Below are positions 1 to 9,174 of a DNA stretch of 64,000 nucleotides, piece after piece. Within the stretch, counting starts at the first letter, position 1; every line of letters starts with the position of its first letter. A program made the position numbers and the translations under genes. Source of the stretch: an uncultured Gammaproteobacteria bacterium (GTDB lineage: Bacteria > Patescibacteriota > Microgenomatia > UBA12405 > JAHJSD01); NCBI GenBank assembly GCA_964428655.1, contig CAYRYE010000001.1:137328-201327 (forward strand), given 5' to 3'. The notes beneath the pieces are model-generated. The model ran no database searches. It was not told where the DNA came from and worked only from the letters and a program-made list of their open reading frames with translations.

Positions 1-44
1 ACCCTGCCCTCGTTCTACTTCTTTTTATCCTAGGAGGGTGGGAG

Positions 45-731
45 TTGAGCGTGAAGGTTTTAGAGATACCTGAGTATCTTTTTGTAGCGCCTTCACGGCT
101 CGTGATGGTTCTGATTAAAAACCATCCGGTTTACCTCCGGCATTTGCAAATTACGCTCGAGGAGGCGGGAGTCGGATTCACAGTGGGGACACTCCTAGCT
201 TTGGCCGGAGCAGTGATTCTGGTGCACTTTCCCCGTTTTAAGCAGGGTGTTCTTCCCTGGGCCATTGCTGCGCAAACCACCCCAGTGGTGGTTTATGCCA
301 CTTATCTATTAATACTCTTTGGTTCAGGGGTGATTGCAAAAATGATCATCGCTGGCATTCTCTCGTTTTTCGCCACTCTTATTGTGGCAACGAGGGGATT
401 GTCGGAGATCGATCAGGCCCTGCTTGACGCCATGAGTTTGGAGACATCGAGTCGCTTGACCATCCTCTGGAAATTGCGCTTTCCTCTGAGCGCTCCCTAC
501 ATAGTAAGCGCGCTCAAGGTTGCCGCCACTAGCGCTATTCTTGGCGCAGTGGTTGGTGAGTGGGTCAGTGGCGGTGGCCAGGGCATTGGTCACTTGCTAT
601 TAATCTACAAAGCACAACTCAGGACTCCAGAACTGTTGGGGGCAGCAACGGTTGTTATAGCAGCAAGCACCAGTAGCTATGGCATAATTACGCTCCTTGA
701 GCGACTCGTCGTTCGTTGGGACTATCGATGA
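45..731 (+). CDS. ABC transporter permease, NitT/TauT/SsuC family (true start may lie upstream of window)
   Basis: Hydrophobic helices; EAA-loop-like 'GLSEIDQALLDAMSLETSSRLTILWKLRFPLSAPYIVSALKVAATSAILGAVVGEW..GIG' typical of SsuC/TauC. Confidence 0.85.
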   Translation: MSVKVLEIPEYLFVAPSRLVMVLIKNHPVYLRHLQITLEEAGVGFTVGTLLALAGAVILVHFPRFKQGVLPWAIAAQTTPVVVYATYLLILFGSGVIAKMIIAGILSFFATLIVATRGLSEIDQALLDAMSLETSSRLTILWKLRFPLSAPYIVSALKVAATSAILGAVVGEWVSGGGQGIGHLLLIYKAQLRTPELLGAATVVIAASTSSYGIITLLERLVVRWDYR

Positions 732-816
732 CTCTGGAGTAGAGTATTTCTGCACTTTTTGTGCTGATTGCTCTGCTCCGGGGTTTGTCGTTATTAATAG
801 GGATAAAGGTGAAATT

Positions 817-1026
817 ATGGCTGAAAGAATAATTCAACAAAGAACCGCTGCTACGGTTACAAAACGTCATGTGTTTCATGGTTGTACTTTATTCACAGTA
901 GAAACTCCAAACGGAGTAAAATTTGGAGATGTAGCAGGTTGGTGTTTAGAGAGTAGGAGTAGTCGTCATCCTCCGGGAGCCAGAGTGACTCTAGTTCCGG
1001 GAGCCAGAGTGACTAGGGTTTTGTGA
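817..1026 (+). CDS. Small orphan protein with C-terminal PGARVT duplication
   Basis: ATG at 817 preceded by SD-like AAAGGTGA; open to TGA 1026; no recognisable family. Confidence 0.4.
   Translation: MAERIIQQRTAATVTKRHVFHGCTLFTVETPNGVKFGDVAGWCLESRSSRHPPGARVTLVPGARVTRVL
972..1014 (+). repeat. Direct repeat TCCGGGAGCCAGAGTGACT x2 (19 bp, period 24)
   Basis: Copies at 972-990 and 996-1014. Confidence 0.9.
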
Positions 1027-1034
1027 TCATTGTA

Positions 1035-1064
1035 TTGACAATGAAAAGCTTTAAGTTGTAATCT
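1035..1064 (+). promoter_or_regulatory. sigma70-type promoter for gap
   Basis: TTGACA 1035-1040; TGTAAT/TAATCT at 1057-1064. Confidence 0.55.
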
Positions 1065-1073
1065 GGAATTAGA

Positions 1074-2108
1074 ATGGCGGAGAAAAAGATAAAAGTGGCT
1101 ATTAATGGTTTTGGCAGGATCGGACGAGCAGCGGCTCGAGCCTGGTGGGATAATTATCGAGACAAGATTGAATTAGTGGTAATAAATACTTCAGGCTCTA
1201 TGAACGTTTCTGGCTGGGCTCATCTTTTAAAATATGATTCAGTTTACGGCCGCTTCCCGGCTAAAATTGAGTCAATTGATCCCCGAAAAGCTAAAGAAAT
1301 CGGCATAATTGTTGCTGGAGGTACGGAAATAGCAATTTTAGCAGAGCGGAATCCTAAAAAAATTCCCTGGAAGAATTATAATGTTAATGTCGTTTTAGAG
1401 TGCACTGGTGTTTTTGCCGATCTTTCCGCTAAGGATCATTTTAGAGGAAGAGTTCAAAAAGTTATTATTTCTGCTCCGCCGAAAGATGGGTCTATTCCGA
1501 TTTTTCTTTTTGGTGTTAATGAAGACCGGTACAAAGGGCAAAACCTAATTAGCATAGGATCTTGTACTACTAATTGTGTTGCTCCAATTGTCAAATTGAT
1601 TGATCAAAAATTAGGTTTTGAGGAGTGTATTATGACTACGATCCATGCCTATACTGCCAACCAAAATGTTGTTGACGGTTCTCATAAAGATTTGCGTAGA
1701 GCTAGAGCGGCGGCAATCAATATTGTTCCCACTGGGACAGGAGCGGCTAAAGCAGTTGAGGCGGCTTATCCAGAAATTAAGGGCCGGTTTGCCGCTAGTG
1801 CTATTCGGGTGCCGGTTGTTTGCGGCTCTTACGCTGAATTTGTTTTCAAATTAAAGAAAAAAACTACTGTTGACCAAGTTAATCAAATTTTTGAACAAGC
1901 GGCGGCTGGTAAATTAGTAGGGTTTTTGAAGGTTTCTTATGAGCCTTTGGTTTCTTCTGATATCATTGGTAACTCGGCTTCAGCAATTGTTGATTTATCA
2001 ATGACTGAAGTTCTTTCCGAAGATATGCTCAAGGTAACTGCTTGGTATGATAATGAGTATGGCTATTCTTGCCGGCTGCTTGAGATGGCGGTTGAAATTC
2101 TAGGTTAG
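1074..2108 (+). CDS. gap: Glyceraldehyde-3-phosphate dehydrogenase type I
   Basis: INGFGRIGR, catalytic SCTTNC, DLRRARAAA, WYDNEYGY. Confidence 0.98.
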   Translation: MAEKKIKVAINGFGRIGRAAARAWWDNYRDKIELVVINTSGSMNVSGWAHLLKYDSVYGRFPAKIESIDPRKAKEIGIIVAGGTEIAILAERNPKKIPWKNYNVNVVLECTGVFADLSAKDHFRGRVQKVIISAPPKDGSIPIFLFGVNEDRYKGQNLISIGSCTTNCVAPIVKLIDQKLGFEECIMTTIHAYTANQNVVDGSHKDLRRARAAAINIVPTGTGAAKAVEAAYPEIKGRFAASAIRVPVVCGSYAEFVFKLKKKTTVDQVNQIFEQAAAGKLVGFLKVSYEPLVSSDIIGNSASAIVDLSMTEVLSEDMLKVTAWYDNEYGYSCRLLEMAVEILG

Positions 2109-2111
2109 TTT

Positions 2112-2420
2112 TTAAATAGTTGGTTTCTTTTCAAATTCGCCCTCAAATTCATCAAAGTTCACATATTTTTGGGAGATAATTTTTACCTTCTCAACTTTTG
2201 AAAAAGGTGATCCCCGCCACAACCAATTAATCATCTTTTTTACCTTTGGCTTTGGTCCAAGCATAGTCACTTCAACTTGACCATTTTGTCTATTTCTTAC
2301 CCAGCCAGAGATTTTTAGTTTTTTGGCTTTTCTAATAGTATGCCACCTGTAAAGGACTCTTTGGACTCGGCCGGAGATAAAAGTGTGAATCTTAACAAGA
2401 TTTTTAGTTTTTCTTTTCAT
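2112..2420 (-). CDS. acyP: Acylphosphatase
   Basis: SGRVQRVLYR, GWVRN..G.VE, L..GSP.S.V motifs. Confidence 0.9.
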   Translation of the reverse strand: MKRKTKNLVKIHTFISGRVQRVLYRWHTIRKAKKLKISGWVRNRQNGQVEVTMLGPKPKVKKMINWLWRGSPFSKVEKVKIISQKYVNFDEFEGEFEKKPTI

Positions 2421-3893
2421 ATTCATATATTACCGCAGTGTTATCTTTGTAAATCAATTGCCAAGGATAGGTTTTGTTTTTTTCTAGTTCAAGGTCCAAA
2501 AAAGTTCCTTTAGCAATGAAAAGACAATCAGCTCCATATTTTTTTAGTTTATCATTAAATTTATTTTTGGCTTGAATAATTTCCAAGTAGATTGTGTAGG
2601 GGCTTTTTTCTTTAGGAGTGGATTCATCCCTCCTGAGGAGTCCTTTGCGGCTGAATTGGAGGGCCAGGTTGGCATTCGGCCATCAACAAAAGTCTTTCTT
2701 TCCGGTAAATGCCAGGCCAAATAACCGCCCCATTCATAAGCATTAAAGATTTGTTGGCAAGTTTCAGGAGACTTTGTTTTTAAATACTCAACAGCGTCAC
2801 AAGGAAGAGTCCACTTGCTTAATTCACAGATTGACGACCATCCTTTGCTTAGATCAGGAAGATTTTTTAAACGCCAAACCATTATTCCCAAAAGAAAAAA
2901 GACCATAAATCCTTTTACTGACAATTGGAAAAGTTTTAATTTTTTAAATCTAATTTTTGGCAAAGAAAAGCTGGCAGCCAAGAAATGAATTGAAGCAAGA
3001 CCGAAAAGAGGAAGATGACGTCTGGCTTTAAAAGCAAGATAAGTGAAAAATAACCAGCTTAAAATTAAAAAAAGCGATTTTTCTCTTTTGAAAAACTCAA
3101 GACTTATTTTTTTAGAAATAAAGTTTAAAACAACAATGGCAATAACGATAAAAAGAAAAAAGAGACCAGTATTATTAGGGGGCACCCATTCGGCAATAAG
3201 TTTGTTAAGTGGATACCAGGAGTGACGAAGAACTTCTGAATAAATCCGCCAGCCAAAGGGATTAAACAAAGCGGCTAAAGCAGTAACAAAAGCGATTATC
3301 ACTATATTTAAAGCCTCTTTCTTGTTTTTTTGACAAAGTTTTTCAAAGCCATAAAAAATAAGAAGAATTAATCCTAGCAGGAAGCCGCCATGGAGGTTGG
3401 CCCACAAGGTAAAAAGAGCTGTTAAACCAACAATTTGAATTAAGGAAAATTTTTCTTTAGTTAAAACGAGATAGAAAATATAAGAAACACCAAGAAGGCT
3501 AAATAATTGGCTTCGATAGCCAAGGTTAGTTACTGGATTGCTTATTAGAATAATGAATAAAGATCCCATTGTGGGCCAAAGGAATTTTTTCTGGTAGGTT
3601 TTAAAAAGGAAGAAAAAAACACCAGTAATAATTAAGCCGGTTAAAATTGTCAGTCCCCAGAAACCCAGATATTGATAAATAACAAAACTGGTTAATTGAT
3701 AAAGAGAGTAAGAGTGAGCCCATTGATAATCAGAAAGAAAAAAACCGATTTGGTTGGTTTTCCAAGCAGACCGGGTTTCAAAGATATGTTTGCCATAACG
3801 AAGGCGCCAACCCAAGTCAGTATCAATGGGAGGGAGTAAATAAACGAAAAAAATAGTAGTTAATAACAAAACTTTCAGCCACTTATTTTTCAT
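2404..3893 (-). pseudogene. GT-C-like multi-pass membrane protein, apparently frameshifted near the 3' end by a 41-bp insertion (ORFs 2544..3893 and 2404..2586)
   Basis: DTDLGW, WANLHGGF, AEW, RH.P.F, FNAYEWGGYL.W, FVDGRMP motifs; deleting 2620-2660 gives ...GRMPTWPTPKEKSPYTIYLEIIQAK... joining both ORFs. Confidence 0.7.
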
Positions 3894-4849
3894 AATTTTA
3901 TTGATTCGTCAATTTGAGGTTGGCAGCACTCCCGCATAAAAACCGGAATCAAATCAACTTTTGAAATTTGATGATTATTGATTGTGATTAAAGCAATTGC
4001 TCCGGTTCTGGTTTCCTGGCTCCACATTTGGTCAAAAACAAAGTTGCCTAGAGAGTAGAGAATAGGTTTGTCTTTATAATACTCGATGGGCTGTAAAACA
4101 TGAGGGTGATGGCCAATAATTAAATTAGCGCCGCTATCAATAGCCAGTCGAGCCAAATATTTTTGCCTTTCAGTAGGCTTTTTTTGGTATTCAACTCCCC
4201 AATGAAGATTAACAATAACAAGACCTGATTCACGCTTTGCTTTTTTAATTTTCCCAATTAGATTGCTCTCATCAATACGTCGCACAATATCATCAAAGCC
4301 AAGGAGGGCAATCCTTGATCCATTAATTGTTTTGTAACTAACTTTTTCAAGACCAAAATAGCCAATTTGATGCTCTTTTAGTGTTTCAATAGTTTGTCGA
4401 ATTCCATCTGACCCAAAATTAGCAATGTGGTTATTGGCCAGATTTAATAAATCAAAACCAGCAAGAGCCAAACCCTTGGCATTTTCAACATTGCCGCAAA
4501 ATTTCATTCCGGTTCTGGCTAAGGGACAGTCTTTAATTAATGGCCCTTCAAGATTGCCAATTGTTAAGTCAACTTTCTTTAGAAATTCAACTGTTTTTTG
4601 AAAAGGAAAAGTAGGGTCATTTCTTTGTTGAATTTGCCAATTGACCTCACGGCTTAAACTGATATCGCCAACAGCGGCAATGGTAATCTCTTTGGGAATT
4701 GGAGCATTAGTGGTGGTTGGCTCAGCAGTTATTATTGCCTGACTTGGTTGTTTTTCTTCTTTAGTTTCTTTGAGAACAAAAGACCAAACAAAAAAATTGA
4801 CAAAAACGAGGGCGGCAACTGGTTTCCAGTAAGGCCAGAATTTTTTCAC
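3890..4849 (-). CDS. CapA/PGA_cap family metallophosphoesterase with N-terminal membrane anchor (GTG start 4849)
   Basis: AVGDI, GNLEGP, LANNH, HWGVEY, IGHHPHV, YSLGNFVFDQ. Confidence 0.92.
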   Translation of the reverse strand: MKKFWPYWKPVAALVFVNFFVWSFVLKETKEEKQPSQAIITAEPTTTNAPIPKEITIAAVGDISLSREVNWQIQQRNDPTFPFQKTVEFLKKVDLTIGNLEGPLIKDCPLARTGMKFCGNVENAKGLALAGFDLLNLANNHIANFGSDGIRQTIETLKEHQIGYFGLEKVSYKTINGSRIALLGFDDIVRRIDESNLIGKIKKAKRESGLVIVNLHWGVEYQKKPTERQKYLARLAIDSGANLIIGHHPHVLQPIEYYKDKPILYSLGNFVFDQMWSQETRTGAIALITINNHQISKVDLIPVFMRECCQPQIDESIKL

Positions 4850-4867
4850 TGAGTATATAATATCAGT

Positions 4868-5027
4868 ATGGCTCAATTTTTGGTTGGTACCTCTGGATTT
4901 TCTTAACAAGGATTGGATTGGTAAATCTTATCCTGAGGATTTGCCTTCTAATCAATGGCTTGAATATTATTCCCGGCATGCTTTTACTGTTGAGAACGCG
5001 AGGGAGATGATAGAATTACTAAGATGA
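4868..5027 (+). pseudogene. DUF72 (YecE/YunF-like) remnant, frameshifted and internally deleted
   Basis: MAQFLVGTSGFS then, after a 1-bp shift, YKDWIGKSYPEDLPSNQWLEYYSRHAFTVENAREMIELLR*; matches DUF72 N-terminus GTSG.SY..W.G.FYP..L....L.YY...F.TVE. Confidence 0.75.
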
Positions 5028-5578
5028 GCGAAATTAGGAGAGTAGCCATCTTTGGTTATTCAGAGGCTAAGCCTGATGAGCAAGATTATAAAGATGCTCA
5101 CCAAACAGCCTATTTATTGGCTAAAGAGGGATTTGAGATTATCAACGGCGGTGGTCCGGGGATTATGAAAGCGACTTCTGAAGGAGCAAGAGCCGCTGGC
5201 GGCAAAACAATTGGGGTTGCTTTTGAAGCTAAAGGAATGACTAATTTTGAAGGCCGTGATCCAACTAATATTTTGGACGAGGAGATCGTGGTGTCTAATT
5301 ATCTGGAGCGGACATTAAGGCTTTTAGAATTAGGTGATGTTTATGTCTTTTTTAATGGCGGCACAGGAACAATTTCTGAATTTGGCATGGCCTGGGGATT
5401 GGCGAGATTGTTTTTTGGCCAACATAAACCATTAATTTTGTTTGGCAGCTGGTGGCATGAAATTTTGGAAGCTTTTGGCAGAAATATGCGTTTGCGGAAA
5501 AAAGAACTTCAAGTTTATCGGATCGTTAACACTCCTGAAGAAGTGGTTGAAGAAATAATTGAGTTGATTGGTAAGTAA
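5024..5578 (+). CDS. LOG family (lysine decarboxylase-like) phosphoribohydrolase
   Basis: GGGPGIM.A...GA..AGG, FNGGTGTISE. Confidence 0.9.
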   Translation: MSEIRRVAIFGYSEAKPDEQDYKDAHQTAYLLAKEGFEIINGGGPGIMKATSEGARAAGGKTIGVAFEAKGMTNFEGRDPTNILDEEIVVSNYLERTLRLLELGDVYVFFNGGTGTISEFGMAWGLARLFFGQHKPLILFGSWWHEILEAFGRNMRLRKKELQVYRIVNTPEEVVEEIIELIGK

Positions 5579-5582
5579 GAAT

Positions 5583-8180
5583 ATGAGAGTGAAACAGACA
5601 ATTGGTCTTTCTTCAAAAGAGGCGGCAAAAAAGCTGGAAAAATATGGCTTCAATGAGATTGAAAAAAAGCGGGAGTTTCTCTGGGCTCGATTAGTTTTTG
5701 ATCAGTTTAAATCTCCCTTAATTTACATTTTGCTTCTGGCTGGTATTATTTCTTTGATTTTGACCGAATGGACTGATGCCTTGGTCATTTTTCTGGCGGT
5801 GGTGGTTAACACATCTTTAGGATTTTTTCAGGAATTCAAGGCAGAGGGGGCTTTAATTGCCCTTCAGAAATTAATTGTTCCTCACGCCCTAGTAATAAGA
5901 GGTAAAAAAAGGAAACGAATTGAAGCGGCTTATCTGGTTCCCGGCGACCTGGTGATTTTAAAAATGGGTGACAGAGTTCCGGCCGACGGAATTTTAATTA
6001 AAGCGAAGAATCTTTATTTCAATGAGGCGATTTTGACTGGTGAGTCGGAGGCGGTAGAAAAAAAAGTTTTAGCCAAGAAAGAAATCTCCTCCCTGCTTAA
6101 AGGTATGGTACGAGGCTATAGTAGTAAAAAAAGCGCTTTTATGGGAACAACAGTGGTTTCAGGAAAAGGCAGAATTTTGGTTACCGGCACAGGAAAAAAT
6201 ACAAGAATTGGTCAGTTGGCAATAAAGCTAAAAGAAACAGTTAGTGAAGAAACTCCCCTGAAAATTCAAATTACTAAGCTTGCCAGAACCTTGACTTTAA
6301 TTATTGGCTCTATCTGCCTGATAATTTTTGTCGAAGGAGTTTTAAAAGGGAGAGATTTGGTGGAAATGTTTATTTTGGCGGTGGCGTTAGCAGTGGCAGC
6401 GATTCCGGAAGGATTAGCCATTTCAGTAACAATGGTCTTAACTTTGGGAATGGAGCGAATTTTGAAAAAAAAGGGCTTGGTGAGGAAATTGTTGGCGGCT
6501 GAAACCTTGGGTTCGGTTGATGTTATTTGCTTGGACAAAACTGGAACTTTAACTGAGGGTAAGGTGAGAGTAGCCAAGATTGATGTGGTTAACAAACAAC
6601 TGGCGGCTTCGGTGGCTGTTTTTTGCAATAATTTAATCAATCCATTGGGAATAGCTTTGTGGGATTGGGGCAAGAAAAATTTAAAACTGGACGGTACTTT
6701 GCCTGCCTGTTTACCAGTGGATGGACTTGGCGATCGAGGCGAGGAGTTTAGAATTGATGAAATTCCTTTTTCTTCAAAAAGAAAAATTACTGCTGTCCTG
6801 TGTAGAAAGGGAAAAAATAAAGGGGTTTTTTATCTCTCTGGAGCGCCGGAAGTGGTTTTGGAATTAAGCGGGCTCAGCAAGAAAGAAAAATTAAAATGGG
6901 AGGATAACTTAAATCGCCATACTGGGAAAGGATTTCGGGCGATTGGATTAAGTTTTTTGGAAGGTGATTTAGAAAAACTGAAGGAGAAATTTAATCTTCT
7001 AAGAAATAAATTACTTGAATATGATGGTCAGTTGGCCCGTGAGATTAATTTGGGAACTAATTGGTTGGGCTTAGTTCTTTTTGAAGATCCAGTAAGAGAA
7101 GGGGTTAAGAAGACTCTTGATCTAGCTCAAAAAGCGGGAATAGAAATTAAGGTTATCACTGGGGATTATCAAAATACGGCAGTGGCAGTTTTAAACCGGC
7201 TAGGCTTAGTGAGAGGTGCGTTGAAAGCAAAACAGGTGATGGAGGGGGGAGAGGTGAAAAGAATTGGTGAGGAAGAATTAAGCCGCAGAATTGAGGAAAT
7301 AATTCTTTTTTACCGGACTACGCCGGAGCAAAAAACCAAAATTGTTGCCGCCTTGCAAAAAAATGGCCGCACAGTGGCAATGATGGGTGACGGAGTTAAC
7401 GATGCTTTGGCTTTGAAAAAAGCGGATATTGGTATTGTTGTTGGTGAAGCAAGCGAGGTGGCCAAAGAAACAGCCGATATGGTTTTGCTGGATTCCAGTT
7501 TTTCCACCGTTATTGCTGCCATAAAAGAAGGAAGGGCGATTTTTGAAAATATAAAAAAAGTGGTTTTGTATCTTTTATCAAGCAGTTTTTCAGAATTGAT
7601 TCTTATCGGTGGTAGTTTGCTATTTGGTTTTCCTTTGCCTATTTTACCGGCTCAAATTCTTTGGGTTAACTTGATTGAAGACGGTTTGCCCGGTTTAGCT
7701 CTGGCTTTTGAGAAAACTGATAAGGGATTGATGCAAAAGAAGCCAAGAGTTAAGAAGGCGCCAATTTTAGACAAAGAGGTCAAAACAATGATTTTTGTTA
7801 TTAGCTTGGTAACAGACTTAATATTATTGAGCCTTTGTTGGTTTTTATTAAAAATTGGCTGTCCTTTGGATAAGTTAAGAACGATTATTTTTGCTGTCTT
7901 AGCTGCTGATTCTTTACTTTTTGTTTTTTCTTGTAAGAACTTGAGGAAGAATCTTTGGCAGATAAATGTTTTTTCCAATAAACTTCTGAATCTTTCAGTA
8001 ATTTTAGGTTTTGTAATGCTTTTACTGGTAATTTATCTTCGGCCGCTGAATTTAGTTTTTAAAACAGTTCCTTTAAAGCCAGAGATTCTGATTGCTGTTT
8101 TGCTTTTGGGGGGAGTTGATATTTTCGGTATTGAGGTAATAAAATTGAAGTTCAGAAAAAAGAGGTTGAAACGCAAGTGA
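5583..8180 (+). CDS. P-type cation-transporting ATPase (P2, Ca2+/Mg2+-type)
   Basis: LTGES, IPEGL, DKTGTLT, TGD, MMGDGVNDA. Confidence 0.96.
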   Translation: MRVKQTIGLSSKEAAKKLEKYGFNEIEKKREFLWARLVFDQFKSPLIYILLLAGIISLILTEWTDALVIFLAVVVNTSLGFFQEFKAEGALIALQKLIVPHALVIRGKKRKRIEAAYLVPGDLVILKMGDRVPADGILIKAKNLYFNEAILTGESEAVEKKVLAKKEISSLLKGMVRGYSSKKSAFMGTTVVSGKGRILVTGTGKNTRIGQLAIKLKETVSEETPLKIQITKLARTLTLIIGSICLIIFVEGVLKGRDLVEMFILAVALAVAAIPEGLAISVTMVLTLGMERILKKKGLVRKLLAAETLGSVDVICLDKTGTLTEGKVRVAKIDVVNKQLAASVAVFCNNLINPLGIALWDWGKKNLKLDGTLPACLPVDGLGDRGEEFRIDEIPFSSKRKITAVLCRKGKNKGVFYLSGAPEVVLELSGLSKKEKLKWEDNLNRHTGKGFRAIGLSFLEGDLEKLKEKFNLLRNKLLEYDGQLAREINLGTNWLGLVLFEDPVREGVKKTLDLAQKAGIEIKVITGDYQNTAVAVLNRLGLVRGALKAKQVMEGGEVKRIGEEELSRRIEEIILFYRTTPEQKTKIVAALQKNGRTVAMMGDGVNDALALKKADIGIVVGEASEVAKETADMVLLDSSFSTVIAAIKEGRAIFENIKKVVLYLLSSSFSELILIGGSLLFGFPLPILPAQILWVNLIEDGLPGLALAFEKTDKGLMQKKPRVKKAPILDKEVKTMIFVISLVTDLILLSLCWFLLKIGCPLDKLRTIIFAVLAADSLLFVFSCKNLRKNLWQINVFSNKLLNLSVILGFVMLLLVIYLRPLNLVFKTVPLKPEILIAVLLLGGVDIFGIEVIKLKFRKKRLKRK

Positions 8181-8231
8181 TTAGAAAATTATGAAGAATT
8201 GCGAGTTTATAAAATTACCCCGGTTAGCCTC

Positions 8232-8265
8232 TTGACAAACCTTAGTTTTGGGTATATATTCATAA
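8232..8265 (+). promoter_or_regulatory. Promoter TTGACA-17-TATATT with overlapping imperfect palindrome (8246-8265)
   Basis: -35 8232-8237, -10 8255-8260, ATG 6 nt later; TTTTGGGTATATATTCATAA self-complementary at 14/20 positions. Confidence 0.7.
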
Positions 8266-8266
8266 T

Positions 8267-8758
8267 ATGCCAAGACCAAAAAGATTTAGAAGAGTTCGTT
8301 TCTTGCCGGAAATAACATATTTTAAACCCAATGGCGTTCCATTAAAGTGGCTTGGAAAAGTATCCCTTTCTCTTGATGAATTAGAGGCTTTAAGATTGGC
8401 AGATTTTGAAGATCAAGATCAGGTAAAAGCGGCCAAGAAAATGAAGATTTCCCAGAGCACTTTTCAAAGGATTTTAGCCTCAGCACGAAAAAAAACCGCC
8501 GAAGCATTAGTAGTTGGCAAAGCAATACAAGTGAAAGGAGGTGAGATAAATATGCCAAGACCAAGGCGAGGACGAGGAGCCGGTTTGGGTGTTGGTGGCG
8601 GCAGGGGTCGAATGGGTGGCCAGTTTGCTGCTGGTCCTGGTGGGTTTTGTGTCTGCACTGATCCTAAGTGTAAACATAAAATACCTCATCAAGTTGGAGT
8701 CCCTTGCTATCAAGTTAAATGCCCAAAATGTGATTCGTCCATGATTAGAAAAAGATAG
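8267..8758 (+). CDS. DUF134 HTH protein fused to Gly-rich/Cys-rich small domain
   Basis: MPRP..R.V...P...[44 protein letters not shown]; C-terminal GPGG.CVC..C...H..GVPC...KCPKC. Confidence 0.9.
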   Translation: MPRPKRFRRVRFLPEITYFKPNGVPLKWLGKVSLSLDELEALRLADFEDQDQVKAAKKMKISQSTFQRILASARKKTAEALVVGKAIQVKGGEINMPRPRRGRGAGLGVGGGRGRMGGQFAAGPGGFCVCTDPKCKHKIPHQVGVPCYQVKCPKCDSSMIRKR

Positions 8759-8790
8759 ATAATAATTAACTGTTAGAGTTTTTTAAGGAG

Positions 8791-9171
8791 GTGAAAAAAA
8801 TGAAAGTTTGTATTAGTCTTAGCGGCAAGACCCTTGATTCTTTAATCGATTTTAGGTTTGGCCGTTGTCCTTATTTTTTGGTAGTCAACCTAAAGGACAA
8901 GAATAAAGTTAAAGTGGTTAAAAACTCAGCTACTAAAGCTTTTAGGGGTGCAGGGATTAGTGCCGCCCAACTGGTTGCCGATTTGGGAGTAGGCGTAGTT
9001 ATTACTGGCAATATTGGGCCTAACGCCTTTTCAGTTTTACAGTCAGTCGGTGTTAAGATTTTTCAAGGAGCCAATATAACGGCTAAAGAAGCAATAGAAA
9101 AATTTAAAAAGAATGAGTTATTGGAAATAACAGCTGCAACCGGTTCAGGTAGCTGCAGCCAAGAAAAATGA
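8791..9171 (+). CDS. NifB/NifX family iron-molybdenum cofactor-binding protein
   Basis: RFGRCPYF, GAGI.AAQ, VITGNIGPNAF..L. Confidence 0.9.
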   Translation: MKKMKVCISLSGKTLDSLIDFRFGRCPYFLVVNLKDKNKVKVVKNSATKAFRGAGISAAQLVADLGVGVVITGNIGPNAFSVLQSVGVKIFQGANITAKEAIEKFKKNELLEITAATGSGSCSQEK

Positions 9172-9174
9172 AAA

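Noticed and set aside
972-1014. Mini CRISPR array
   Set aside because: Two 19-bp copies with a 5-bp spacer, in frame within an ORF; no cas genes.
2628-2663. Hammerhead ribozyme (CTGAGGAGTCC...GAA)
   Set aside because: CUGANGA is present, but stem II is imperfect, GAAA is incomplete and no stem III/UH cleavage site could be formed. The same applies to CTGAGGAACGAAA near 12347.
4850-4909. N-terminal extension of the CapA-family ORF to 4909
   Set aside because: Overlaps the bidirectional promoter and the DUF72 remnant; GTG at 4849 directly precedes the membrane anchor.
8791-9171. Nitrogen fixation locus
   Set aside because: NifB/NifX-family domain alone; no nifHDK or radical-SAM NifB.
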